DNA from: Candidatus Latescibacterota bacterium
GTDB lineage: Bacteria > Latescibacterota > UBA2968 > GCA-2709665
NCBI GenBank assembly: GCA_963662665.2
Contig: CAXXJS010000030.1
Coordinates: 74,008 to 138,007, forward strand
Reading direction: 5' to 3'
DNA length: 64,000 nucleotides
Positions 10,765 through 20,965 of this stretch are shown here, in pieces. The notes under the pieces are model-generated. The model worked only from the letters and a program-made list of their open reading frames with translations, was not told where the DNA came from and made no database searches. The position numbers and the translations under genes are program-made. Position 1 is the stretch's first letter. Each line of letters opens with the position of its first letter.

Positions 10765-13382
10765 GCCAATTGATTGACATTCCCCAAACTAGTAAGCCCC
10801 GATTCGATAACAGGACTAGCAACTTGGAACTCCGTTAAGATGTCACGCTCGTACGGTGGGGCAAACCACGCGCTCTCCCATTCTCTCTCGCCTTGGAGGA
10901 CTTCGCGTAGGTGGGCTAAGCCTTCGTCTACGACTCTGGTGTCGCTCTGTTGAAAAGCTTTATCGAAAAATACCTCTACGGTTCTTAGCTGCTCAACTTG
11001 GATCTTTTGCTCTAGCACTTGCCGAATTTGTGCCCATTGACTCTCCAACTCTTGCAATCGGTCTGCGCGCTTTTGTTTCAATTGCTTCTCAATATCATCT
11101 AGCCGTCGGAACAGGGGCCCAAAGCGCAAGGGCTCTTCAATAGCCGCCGTTTCCATCGCGGCACTCATATTGGTACGTTCTTTTTCAACCAGCAGCCCGT
11201 CCACCATACCCTGTTCAATTTCGCTCCGCACTTTGGCGACCCCTTCCAATAAAGCCGTCCGGGATCCTTTGAGAGACTCTTCGTTTCGATCCACAAATAA
11301 CCTGCGCTCCTCGTCGTCCTTTAACGCGCTCTGTAATACATCGGTGAAGCGAAAATCCTGTCCTTCAATACGCATGCTACAGGCCGTACTTAATTCACGT
11401 TCCTCAGCCAAAGATTGGCGCAAGAACGTGGCGATCTCGGCTTTATTATCCTCTCCAGGATAGCCGTCGTCGTCAAGGGACACTTCAGGGAGCCATAATA
11501 GGCGTCGTGCCAACGCCTGCTGCAACGAGATGCTCTCTCGCCGCATCCACATGTGGGGTTCTTTCATATTTGATTGTTCCTCTAACCCTAACATACCTAC
11601 TACCTGGTCAAAAGCCCGACGAAGAACATAACCACAGGCGGCTTCCGGCTGGGCTTGATCATCTCGTTGCATTAGGTCCAGTTCGGATTTGATTTCCGGC
11701 CGGACGGTGTGTATATGATCATGCAACTCCTTCACTTGATCCGTCCACCAGTCACCCTTGTTTCTAACGAACTCTTGCTGCTCAATTAAGGAACACCAGT
11801 TGTCCGCCAATGTTACTGCTTCTTCGACACTTCGTACTAATTGATCTCGGAAAACCCCGGACAGTGGCTTGGACGGTCGAGAAGATGCCAACTCTTGGTC
11901 GATCTGGTGGATGCGGTCTACAATCTGGGCTCGCCTTTGGAAACGCAAAATGCGCTCCCGGACCTGAACTATTTGATCTACTTGGTTATCCTTTACGGGA
12001 GTGAGAATGAAACTTAAATCGCCCTCTCGCTCAACTAGATACCGCAATATGTGAGTCGCCCTCGGGATTATCAGTCTCCGGTTTTGATTATTTTCCAAGA
12101 GCCGGCCAGCGTCTTTTGCAGTCCCGTCGATTTTTTCATTGATAATTGCCTGGTTCTCGACTCCTCGTAGATCGTCGTTTCGGAGAGGAAAGCCCGCTCT
12201 GGCAAAAACCCGGATAGCGTCGGAGAGTGCACCAAAGGCGGGATTGACTTCATCTCTTTGAGGAAGCCACCCGACGAGCCCGGCATGCGGGGCAATCAAG
12301 CTGGGACGAAGTGCCGCAGCCAATCCCAGTAGTTTTTCCGTAGTAGTTTGAGGTGCCCAATCCGAAGCAATTTCCAAAATGTCGCGGACTAAACTGTCAG
12401 CATCGTCTTCCAACCAACGTGAACCCTGAAGCACGGTGAGCAGTTCAGGCGCAACAGGTACGTCACGACCGGATGCTCTTAGAGAACGAACCAGCCAATA
12501 AGCTCCGGCCGAATCACCTTCAGCTAATAGGCTCCAACTCAATGATTCCCAGTTTTCATCGGAGTCGTCTTTTTGTAAAAGTGCCGCTACATCCTGAACG
12601 GAGCGCAACGTTGGTGGCTTTTTTTCGGGGGGCTGGGGTGCGGACGTGGTCGGCTGGGTAGGCTTTGGTTCGGACTCTTCTCGCTTGTCTAAACGTTCGG
12701 CTTCGTCCTTTTGCCCTGTGGAACTGGTTTCCCTCTTGGATTCTTCTTCGGATGGATGAGTTTCTTTTTTTTCCTCAAGCTGTTCGTCAGAATCTGGGCG
12801 GTCGCCAGAAGTACCTTTTCCGGGCTTAGGGGGTTCCGTGCCGGGGTCGTCGTCGTCTTCAACTTCCTCATCTTGAGTCTGTTCCGGCTCCGGTTTGGTC
12901 GCCGCAAACCCCTGGTCGAGTTGCTTCGCCAGTGAATTTATCCGATCTTCCGTGTCGTTCAAGTCCGTCCGATGCTTGCGGGTTTCCTGGAAGTTTTCAG
13001 GCGATTGCTGCTTTAACAAGCGAAGCCCATTTAACTGCTCCAGCAGACTTCCCACCGTTTTCGCACGCTCCGAAACTTCGTCAGTAGGGCAATCAGCCGC
13101 AAGCCAGTTGGCTATGTCCAAGTTCTCGAATTCAAAAAACACGATCTCGCTGGCGTAGTCCGCTCGCAATTGGTCCAACGCCCGTTGAAGATGCATGCGT
13201 CCGGCCTTCTTCCGCTCGTCGGACTTCCGATCAGCAATGAGCCGTACCTGTTCGACGAATCCGCTGACCTGATCTGATTCCCATTCCGAAGCATCGGAAG
13301 GCCACTCTCGCAGTTCCTCAATAACATTGGCCCATCGCGTAACCTTCAGGCTCTCGTCATTGTGAATTTTGGCATCTCCCAT
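10765..13382 (-). pseudogene. 5' part (874 aa; helical with an acidic/Pro-rich linker) of the IS630-interrupted giant NTPase
   Basis: ORF runs into the IS end (...NQLAS|TL*). Removing the IS restores ...NQLASVIEKGKTW... Confidence 0.8.
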
Positions 13383-13447
13383 ATACGATCCTCAAAGTAG
13401 AATAAGCAGGATACGTTCCCGCATCATTTCGACCGTTGCCACCCCCC

Positions 13448-14746
13448 TCAATCCGCGGGGACCATTTCGGGGGCTTTGCGCGCGAAGGTATCGATGGGCG
13501 GGAGGTTGCGGTCCGGGCCGAGTTCGAGCTGGCGTGGGCCGACCAGGATGTCCAGGTTGTCGCGCGTTTCGGCCATGTCCAGGTAGGCGGTGGAGGCTTC
13601 GACTTCACCCAGGTCCAGCGTATTCCTGATCCAGAGCACTTTGGCGTCGCACGGCTCGATGAGTCCGATGGATTCCAATCCGATCTGCAGGGCGTCCTCG
13701 TCGGTGGGAAAGTGCATGGGGATGGAGGCGGCGGGTGGATGCTGCCCGGTAATGGCGTTGATGTTCGTCGCGTAATGGTCGATTTTCTCGACCAGCCGGT
13801 CCGTGGTGAATTCGGCCATACCCACGCCCACGGCGTTGCCGTGGGTTTTTTCCGTGAGATCCCGAACGAAGATCCGCAGCACGCGAGGCGTGTCGCCGTC
13901 CATCGCACGGCGTTCGTTGCGCTTGCGCCCCACCACGTTGGTATCGATTCCGGAGCCGCTGATATCTTTACCCATTTCATCGATAATCAGCAGGTCCACG
14001 TCGTCGAACGGCAGCCGGGGGCACCAGGCCTTGGCCTTGACCAGAAGTTCCTTCTCCGCGCTTTCGAAATCCCGCGCGGGAACCGCGGCAATTTGCGCGG
14101 TTTCGTCGTAGCCGTTTTCAAGCAGGGCAATACCGAACGAAATCGGCATCTTTTCCCGGACCGTCTTTCCTACAACGCGCACGATCTTGTCGAAAGAGTG
14201 GTGGATTATGGCCCGGTGGTAAATCGTTGCGCCCTTGTGCTTTCCCAGGCCGATGAGCATCATCTTCATCAGTCCGCTTTCGATTTCACCCACGAAGCCG
14301 GTGTGGGGTTTTACGCGGTTGACAACGACCACGTGGTCGGCCTCGGAGGCGCATTTGTCGAAATAGACCGGCATACCGAAATCGGTGACGCCAATTTCAA
14401 TCACGTCCATGGAGGACCTGACGGGGGCGCCAACCGCTGCTTCGGTAATGCCGTAATCGGCGAGGATCCCGGCCTGACCCTCCGCCGTGCCTCCGCCGTG
14501 GCTGCCCATTGCGGGAACGATAAAGGGCCTGGCGCCCAGCCCCACCATTTCGCTGACAATTGTCGCGATGACCGTGTCCAGGTTGGCGATGCCCCGTGAC
14601 CCTGCGGCGATTGCTACGGTGTGTCCGGGCTTGATGGTTTCACCTGGGTTGAGGTTCCGGATTTCGCGCCGCGTGGCGCCCGGAATATCGTCTACGCGCG
14701 GCGCGTCGAAATGTTGGCGAATCCGAAACATGCTGGGGTATTGCAT
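13448..14746 (-). CDS. LarA/DUF2088-like (lactate racemase superfamily) protein
   Basis: GSRGIAN, PAMGSHGGGT, NRVKPHT, ESGLMKM.IGLGKH, MGKDISGSG. Confidence 0.7.
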   Translation of the reverse strand: MQYPSMFRIRQHFDAPRVDDIPGATRREIRNLNPGETIKPGHTVAIAAGSRGIANLDTVIATIVSEMVGLGARPFIVPAMGSHGGGTAEGQAGILADYGITEAAVGAPVRSSMDVIEIGVTDFGMPVYFDKCASEADHVVVVNRVKPHTGFVGEIESGLMKMMLIGLGKHKGATIYHRAIIHHSFDKIVRVVGKTVREKMPISFGIALLENGYDETAQIAAVPARDFESAEKELLVKAKAWCPRLPFDDVDLLIIDEMGKDISGSGIDTNVVGRKRNERRAMDGDTPRVLRIFVRDLTEKTHGNAVGVGMAEFTTDRLVEKIDHYATNINAITGQHPPAASIPMHFPTDEDALQIGLESIGLIEPCDAKVLWIRNTLDLGEVEASTAYLDMAETRDNLDILVGPRQLELGPDRNLPPIDTFARKAPEMVPAD

Positions 14747-14833
14747 ATGGGGCCTCCGGTAGTCGAGGACGCTGGTCAGGTATCAAGCGGCAATTAAACG
14801 GGTTTGCCGTTAAGGATCGGATGCGATGGACCA

Positions 14834-16006
14834 TCACATCGCGGCTTCGTACAACGCAATAATGTCCTTGAGTGTGGTGTGGCGGGGGTTGATCCGGATA
14901 TTTCCGCTCTTCATCGCATCTTCCGCCAGTACGGAAATGCCTTCGGGCGGGACGCCGACTTCGGAAAGCGTTCCTGGTATACCCACTTCCGCCGCCAGGG
15001 CTTTCACGGCTTCCACGGCAACGTCGGCGGCCTCCACGTGGGACAGGCCATCGATATTCTCACCCAATGCAGCGGCGATATCGGCGAAACGTTCCGGACA
15101 GGCGACTTTATTGAAGTCCATCACCCGTGTGAGCAGGATGGCGTTGGCAACGCCGTGAGGGACGCCGTAGTGGCCGCCCACGGCGTGGGACATGGCGTGC
15201 ACGTTGCCAAGGCGCGTCTGCGAGAAGGCGATGCCCGCCATATTGCTTGCGAGAAGCATCTGTTCGGTGGCGCCGTAATTGTGGTGGCTTGACGCGGCCT
15301 GCCGGAGGTTGCGCGCAATAAGCCGGATCGCGTGCAGCGCCAGACCGTCGGAAATGGGGTTGGAGGCAAGGGCCACGTAGGATTCCACCGCGTGGGTAAG
15401 CGCGTCCATCCCGGTGGCGGCGGCGATTGGCATGGGCAGGGCAACGGCCGCATTGGTGTCGAGGATGCCGACGTCGGGAATGACGTGCGGGCCGCCAACA
15501 GTCGCCTTGAAGTGGTTCCTGTCCGTGACAACGGCGAACGGAGTGACTTCGCTGGCGGTGCCGTAGGTCGTGGGAACGCACAACAGGAAGGGTATTCGTT
15601 TCCGGTCTTGAAGCAGGCCGAAGTGGTCTTCGATTCGGCCCCCGTTGGCGGAAAGCACCCCGGCACACTTGGCGGTGTCCATAGAAGACCCGCCGCCGAT
15701 GGCCAGCAGCCAATCGCAGGCTTCTGACTCGTACAGATCGAAACAGGCCTGAACGACGTGAGCCGGAGGGTTTTCTTCCACGTCATTGTAAACCACAAAC
15801 GGGATACCCGCAGCCTCCAGGACTCTGGTGGTCTGCTGCGCCACGCCTGCCTTGACGAGGCCTTTGTCGGTAACGACGAGGGCCTTTTTTTCATGGCGTT
15901 CGGAGAGAAGCTTTGGTATTTCCGAAACACTGCCGCGGCCGACAATAAGGCGGGTGGGGGAATGGAAAGAAAAGATATTCTGATCGGACACGAAACGTGC
16001 TCCCAT
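14834..16006 (-). CDS. Iron-containing alcohol dehydrogenase
   Basis: GGGSSMDTAK, PTTYGTASE, GMDALTHAVE, HAMSH...PHG. Start uncertain (16006 or 16039). Confidence 0.92.
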   Translation of the reverse strand: MGARFVSDQNIFSFHSPTRLIVGRGSVSEIPKLLSERHEKKALVVTDKGLVKAGVAQQTTRVLEAAGIPFVVYNDVEENPPAHVVQACFDLYESEACDWLLAIGGGSSMDTAKCAGVLSANGGRIEDHFGLLQDRKRIPFLLCVPTTYGTASEVTPFAVVTDRNHFKATVGGPHVIPDVGILDTNAAVALPMPIAAATGMDALTHAVESYVALASNPISDGLALHAIRLIARNLRQAASSHHNYGATEQMLLASNMAGIAFSQTRLGNVHAMSHAVGGHYGVPHGVANAILLTRVMDFNKVACPERFADIAAALGENIDGLSHVEAADVAVEAVKALAAEVGIPGTLSEVGVPPEGISVLAEDAMKSGNIRINPRHTTLKDIIALYEAAM

Positions 16007-16039
16007 TAGTAAAGATAGAATCCGAAAATGCCGTTCCAT

Positions 16040-16068
16040 AATTTAGGCGTTACGTCACGTGCGGACAA
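16040..16068 (-). promoter_or_regulatory. Putative sigma70 promoter for the ADH/LarA-like genes
   Basis: TTGTCC-17 nt-TAAATT on the minus strand. Confidence 0.4.
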
Positions 16069-16210
16069 GCAGATTCAGCGGTAAAGGCGGTGAGACGTGA
16101 GAGGGGAGACGGGAGATGATGCCTCCGCGTCTACAGGATATCGCTATGGCCTGGCGATGTCTATCAGCGTTACGGGCGGGACCTCTCCCCGCGGCCGCTC
16201 ACCCCCGGGT

Positions 16211-16310
16211 GAGACGGAAGACGGGAGAGATTGCCTGCCCCGTGCGGTTTCATATCTTGCCAATGGCATTGAGGACGAACCAAACGGGCAAGGACATCTT
16301 CTACCGTCTC
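16211..16310. repeat. ~100-bp palindromic dispersed element, copy A (homologous to 46430-46530)
   Basis: Reverse complement aligns with 46430-46530 (AGACGGTAGAAGA..TCCTTGCCC...GGGCAGGCAATCTCTCC.GTCT). Ends are self-complementary. Confidence 0.65.
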
Positions 16311-16395
16311 ACCTCTACCCTCTTCCCGCTTTCAGGTTTTTCCTCTGCCGGCTTACGTCTTACGTCTCACCGGTTTTAGGGATTGATCCCGGTAG

Positions 16396-17409
16396 TCAGA
16401 AGATCTTGCCGATTTCATCCCGGTCGAATTCGGGGAGATCGGTCCAGCGGTTCTGAACGCGAACCCTGATTCCGAATTCCGGTGATTCCACGCGGCCGAT
16501 GATCTCACAAGGGATGCCCGCGGTTCGGATGGCATCGCGAACCCGTCCGGTGTCTTCCGGCGCCAGGCCGATGAGCAGCGCGCCGGAGGAGATAACGCCC
16601 AGCGGATCGAGTTGGAAGGCGTCACAGAGGAGGCGCGTTTCTTCCGAGGCGAAGAGTGCCTCCGAGTCCAGGGATAACCCGCAGTCCGAGGCCGCGGCGA
16701 GTTCGCGCAGCGCAGTGGCGACACCGCCTTCGGTGGGATCGTGCATCGCGTGTACAGAAGCGGTTTCGCAGGCGATGCGAGCCTCCTTAAGGATACTGAT
16801 TCCCGGTTCGCGAAGGTAGTCACGCGCGATCCTGAGCAGGGCCGGGTCGAATCCCCGTTCGCGCAGTTCGGTTTCTTTCTCCCTGGCCAGGATGGCGGTG
16901 GCCTCGACCCCCAACCCCCTGGTCAGCAGAATGCTGTCGCCCGCCTGCAGGCCACTCGACCGTACAAGTTTATCGCGCGAGACCTCGCCCAGCATCTGGC
17001 CGGCGACGATCGGCCGGTCCAGCCCCGCGGTGATTTCGGTATGGCCGCCGCAGAGGGAGACACCGATTTCACCCGCCGCGCGGCGGAGCGAGTCGAAGAT
17101 GGTCCGGACCAGCGTTCCGTTCGTCTGGCCTTCCGGCAGGAGCAGCGTGGCCAGGAACCAGCGGGGAACGGCCCCCATTGTCGCAACGTCGTTCGCGTTG
17201 ACGTGGACCGCATAGTGGCCGATTTCGTCCGTGGCGAAGGTGATGGGGTCGGTTTTCACCACGAGGCAGGTCTCGCCGAAATCGATGACGGCGGCGTCCT
17301 CGCCCACCTGGGGCCCCACCAGAACGCGCTTGTCTTCCACGACACAATCTCGAAGAAGACCGGAAAGCAAATCCAGCGGGAGTTTGCCGGTTGGCAGGAA
17401 GGTACACAT
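16396..17409 (-). CDS. AIR synthase-related (PurM/HypE/ThiL family) protein
   Basis: TGKLP, GEDAAV, KTDPIT, VNANDVATMGA, GGHTE, MHDPTEGG. Confidence 0.85.
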   Translation of the reverse strand: MCTFLPTGKLPLDLLSGLLRDCVVEDKRVLVGPQVGEDAAVIDFGETCLVVKTDPITFATDEIGHYAVHVNANDVATMGAVPRWFLATLLLPEGQTNGTLVRTIFDSLRRAAGEIGVSLCGGHTEITAGLDRPIVAGQMLGEVSRDKLVRSSGLQAGDSILLTRGLGVEATAILAREKETELRERGFDPALLRIARDYLREPGISILKEARIACETASVHAMHDPTEGGVATALRELAAASDCGLSLDSEALFASEETRLLCDAFQLDPLGVISSGALLIGLAPEDTGRVRDAIRTAGIPCEIIGRVESPEFGIRVRVQNRWTDLPEFDRDEIGKIF

Positions 17410-17468
17410 ATTCGCGGGTTGACTGAAAGGTCGACAGAAGCCTGGGGTGTTCACCGCCACTGGAATTT

Positions 17469-17497
17469 ACGATAGGCCAAATCCGGGGGGTTGTCAA
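17469..17497 (-). promoter_or_regulatory. Putative sigma70 promoter
   Basis: TTGACA-17 nt-TATCGT on the minus strand, upstream of the PurM-like gene. Confidence 0.5.
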
Positions 17498-17606
17498 TGG
17501 TTTTGCGGGGTCACATTGCGATCCATCCCGGGAAGGTCGGCAGAACCGTCGATTGGATGATTTTTCAATCCGTGCCGGTTGCCTGTTGACGGAACCCGTA
17601 GCGGGA

Positions 17607-18659
17607 TCAGGATTCGAAGCAGGATCTGAGCTCTGCTGTGCGGGGATCGGGGCTGAGGGGCGTTGCGAGAATTTGTCGAAGTTGCTCCAGCCGTGCTTTG
17701 GGGTTCCGCCAGCTATGCAGCAACGGATGATGGGGATCGGGCAGGGCACCCAGGAGAGATTGCGCGGCCAGCAGGTGGAAAACAAAGTGGTGTCCGTCCA
17801 GCAGGGCCGCAATCTCCGTTTCCGGCTCTGTTCGGTATTCGGCTGCAAGGGCGGCATATCGCGCGGCAAGCGCAGGCGTCAGCGCGCTGCAAGTCCTGCC
17901 CTCCGGTCGACCTGCGCCATGGGAGGTCGTGTACTGGGTCAACCGGCGCTCGGGCCAGTCCCAGCCGATTTTTGAGAATTCAATAAAACGCAGGGTTTGC
18001 GCGGCCGGGTTGATGACGATGTTGCGGGCCTGATAGTCGGTCGGGCCGGGCAGCGGCGTCGCCCGTTCGAGGAACTGAAGAAGCTCAGCGAGTACATTGC
18101 GGATTCTGGTGGAACGCTTGCGGATCGCAGTTTCCGAGAGCGCTTCAGCGAGACGCGGCAGGGCAAGAGGTCGGGTGGTTCGCCGCCAGGTCCGACGCAG
18201 TTCCTGCGGGCAGCAACCCGGAAAGGACCGCGGAGAGAAAACTTCGCGCTGTGCGTGAAAGGCGGATTGAATTTGGGAAAAACCCACCACGGCGAGACTG
18301 CCGTAGCCTTCCGCGGCGCCATCCTGGCAGACGTCGTCGAGGGTGTGGTCTCCGCACCATTCGTAAAAAACCAGGTCGTGTTCCAAATCGGCGGCATAGA
18401 GCCTGGGGATGGGTCCATCGGACAGGCACGCGTGGACAAGCTGTTCAACGGCGAGCAGGTCGTGGGGTCTGCCGCGTGTCAGGGGAGCGAATACGTGGTG
18501 TTTGGCCACGAGGAGTGAGCCGTCGCCGAGAGCGACTCTCCAGACGTTCGGGTGCCGTGGAACGGGCTGGATTTCCGTCACCGCGAAATCGCCGGGAACG
18601 GTGGTGGGAGCGATACGCCGGACGGCCGCGATCAACGGGTCGGTGGAAGGAACACGCAT
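17607..18659 (-). CDS. Aminoglycoside phosphotransferase/choline kinase-like protein
   Basis: LVAKH, IPRLY, YEWCG, Brenner-like TDYQARNI, FIEFSKIG. Confidence 0.55.
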   Translation of the reverse strand: MRVPSTDPLIAAVRRIAPTTVPGDFAVTEIQPVPRHPNVWRVALGDGSLLVAKHHVFAPLTRGRPHDLLAVEQLVHACLSDGPIPRLYAADLEHDLVFYEWCGDHTLDDVCQDGAAEGYGSLAVVGFSQIQSAFHAQREVFSPRSFPGCCPQELRRTWRRTTRPLALPRLAEALSETAIRKRSTRIRNVLAELLQFLERATPLPGPTDYQARNIVINPAAQTLRFIEFSKIGWDWPERRLTQYTTSHGAGRPEGRTCSALTPALAARYAALAAEYRTEPETEIAALLDGHHFVFHLLAAQSLLGALPDPHHPLLHSWRNPKARLEQLRQILATPLSPDPRTAELRSCFES

Positions 18660-18676
18660 GGATCGAGAAGGACGCC

Positions 18677-19948
18677 TTACTTCTGCCGGGTCTGCCTCTT
18701 TCGCAGGGTCAGAAATTCCGGTGCTTCACGAATGCAGGAGACAAGGATGCCCAGAGAACGACGGAATGCGCTGAACCCGGTGCGTTGGATCTCGGCGGCG
18801 GCGTCTCCCACGTTCTCAAAGCCGGCGTCCGTCGGGACCGCGACCTCCCAGTTTCTGAACAGCCGGCCCCAGGCGCTTTCCAGAACCTCCCGCATGCGTT
18901 TCCTGGCGAGAAAAGGGTACCAGAAGCTGTCGTGGTAGAGAACGCTGGCGAGATAGGACCAGGGCGCGAGGAACGTCTTGAGAGACCACTCGACGGGCCT
19001 CTTGAGAGGTCCCCAGTAGATCTTGTGCTGCATTCGGGAGGCAAAGGTCATTTTACGGAAGGGTCCCGAGAATTGCCAGTTTTCCCCGGCCGCGGCAATA
19101 TCACCAACAATCTGAATCCGGCGCGGGTCGCCGCAACCCAGGCCCCGGTCGTGGGCGAGCCGGATGTATTTGATGGAGAGCGGATCCATTCCCATCATTT
19201 TAGCGGCCACCGCATCGATGGCCACCTGGTCGGCGCCAGCCAGGATTACGTTCTTAACAAACGGAACCATGCACCGTGGGCCGGGTCCGTCTCCGGCAAA
19301 CGTGCCGTCCATCACGGCGAATACACCGGGATGGATCTTCTTCTGGATCATCAACAGGTCTACGAGGGTCTCGTGAATGACCGGATGGGTCCAGTGACGC
19401 CGTTCGTTGAGCAGACCGCCGAACGCGTTTTTCATGGCCCCGGTTGTGGTGGTAAATACGTGGGTCTTTACGGTGGGCAGATGGACGATGTTCTCCCCGA
19501 TCAGGCGTCTGGGAATGTGAAAGCCTTCCGGATAGACCTGGTTAAGGCATATGAACTCATCGGCGAGGCTGCCCACCGCATCCCGGACGTGGATCCATTC
19601 TTCGCCTTCATAGAGGTGGATATTGCGCAGGCCGTGGGTGTTTACCACGTTGACCTGTTTGTTCTCACGCTCGCCCAGGCGTGCGTCGATAACGACCGTT
19701 CGGTTATGGCAGGCGTGGATCAGGTCCTTGCGATAACCGTCCTTTGCCATGGCGCGGATCACGCCTTCGAGTTGCCACGGGGTCGTGGAACTTCCGGGGT
19801 AGAAGAAATGCCAGGAGATATTGACCTTGAGGGCGGTGTCCAGCCCCTTGTCCAGGACGTCCTGGTACCCGGCCAGGTTCATGAGCCTGTGATAGTCTCT
19901 CAAGACGGTTTCAGGTCTGGTTTTTAGAACGGCAACCTGGCTCTGCAT
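18677..19948 (-). CDS. DUF362-domain protein
   Basis: LKVNISWH, LPTVKTH..TTTTGAMKNAFG, MDG...GDGP, DQVAIDAVAAKMMG. Confidence 0.8.
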   Translation of the reverse strand: MQSQVAVLKTRPETVLRDYHRLMNLAGYQDVLDKGLDTALKVNISWHFFYPGSSTTPWQLEGVIRAMAKDGYRKDLIHACHNRTVVIDARLGERENKQVNVVNTHGLRNIHLYEGEEWIHVRDAVGSLADEFICLNQVYPEGFHIPRRLIGENIVHLPTVKTHVFTTTTGAMKNAFGGLLNERRHWTHPVIHETLVDLLMIQKKIHPGVFAVMDGTFAGDGPGPRCMVPFVKNVILAGADQVAIDAVAAKMMGMDPLSIKYIRLAHDRGLGCGDPRRIQIVGDIAAAGENWQFSGPFRKMTFASRMQHKIYWGPLKRPVEWSLKTFLAPWSYLASVLYHDSFWYPFLARKRMREVLESAWGRLFRNWEVAVPTDAGFENVGDAAAEIQRTGFSAFRRSLGILVSCIREAPEFLTLRKRQTRQK

Positions 19949-20010
19949 TTCGCGTGCTTTCGAGCGGAGGCGGGGAGGCGGTGGGGCCGGCAGAGGTCGA
20001 ACGACAACGG

Positions 20011-20880
20011 TTACTCGAAATAAAGGACGGCGACTACGGCAAGAAACCAGAGGCCGCCGTTAATCAGCAGCGATGGGTCGCCCAGAATGGTGGAAGACGG
20101 ATTACCTCCCTCGTTCCTGGCGTAGACCAGATAGAGGTAACGCAGAAGCCCGTAAATCACGAAGGGGATGGTGAGGTTGAGATGCGGTGTTCCGAGCTTC
20201 TGTACGACGTCGGGCGACATGGTGTACAGCGCGTATGAAACGAGAGCGCCGGCGGTTACAACGGCAATCATCTGGTCCAGAAACCGCGGCGTGTATTCAT
20301 CCAGAATACGTCGATGACCGGCAGCGCCGGATTCCAGGAGGATCAATTCCTGCCGACGTTTGACAAATCCCATAAAGAGCGCCAGCAACACCGTGCATAG
20401 AATGAGCCACGAGGAGATTTCCACGCTGATGACGAGGGCGCCGGCAATCGCCCGCAAAAGGTATCCGGAGGCAATGATCATCACGTCCAGAATGACGACG
20501 TGCTTGAGAAAGAGCGAATAGGCGACGTTCATCAGTCCGTACGCCAGCAGAATACAACCGAAGGGGACACTCAGCAGAAAAGCAAGCGGGAAGACCGAAA
20601 GCGCGATCACAATGGAAGCAATCCCCGCGGCGGCGGGGCTCAACCGCCCCGCCGCAACCGGCCGGTTACGCTTTTCGGGATGCCGACGGTCGGATTCGAC
20701 GTCTCGAATGTCGTTCAGAAGGTAAACGGAACTGGAGACAAGACAGAAGAGAAGGAATGCGCCGCCGCTACGCGTGAGATAGCGACCGTCGAGCAGGTGT
20801 TCCGAAAAAACAAGCGGCGCCAGTACGAACACGCTCTTTATCCACTGTTGCGGCCGCAGGGATTGAATGAGTGGACGCAT
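20011..20880 (-). CDS. UbiA-family prenyltransferase (decaprenyl-phosphate phosphoribosyltransferase-like)
   Basis: RPQQWIK, YLLNDIRDVESDRRHPEKRNRP, KRRQE; multi-TM. Confidence 0.88.
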   Translation of the reverse strand: MRPLIQSLRPQQWIKSVFVLAPLVFSEHLLDGRYLTRSGGAFLLFCLVSSSVYLLNDIRDVESDRRHPEKRNRPVAAGRLSPAAAGIASIVIALSVFPLAFLLSVPFGCILLAYGLMNVAYSLFLKHVVILDVMIIASGYLLRAIAGALVISVEISSWLILCTVLLALFMGFVKRRQELILLESGAAGHRRILDEYTPRFLDQMIAVVTAGALVSYALYTMSPDVVQKLGTPHLNLTIPFVIYGLLRYLYLVYARNEGGNPSSTILGDPSLLINGGLWFLAVVAVLYFE

Positions 20881-20965
20881 TTGGGTGGGGGCCCGGATGT
20901 CGGAATGCAGGGATTGAAGTCTGAACAGGTCGAACGCGCTTCTTGATTCGATCCAGCCACAATCG

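Noticed and set aside
6858-13382. Assigning the giant NTPase to Avs/AVAST or SMC
   Set aside because: No N-terminal effector or C-terminal TPR array is evident, and Walker A and B are adjacent rather than split by a coiled coil.
16396-17409. Calling this hypE or a hydrogenase locus
   Set aside because: No other hyp or hydrogenase genes are nearby; only the family-level fold is supported.
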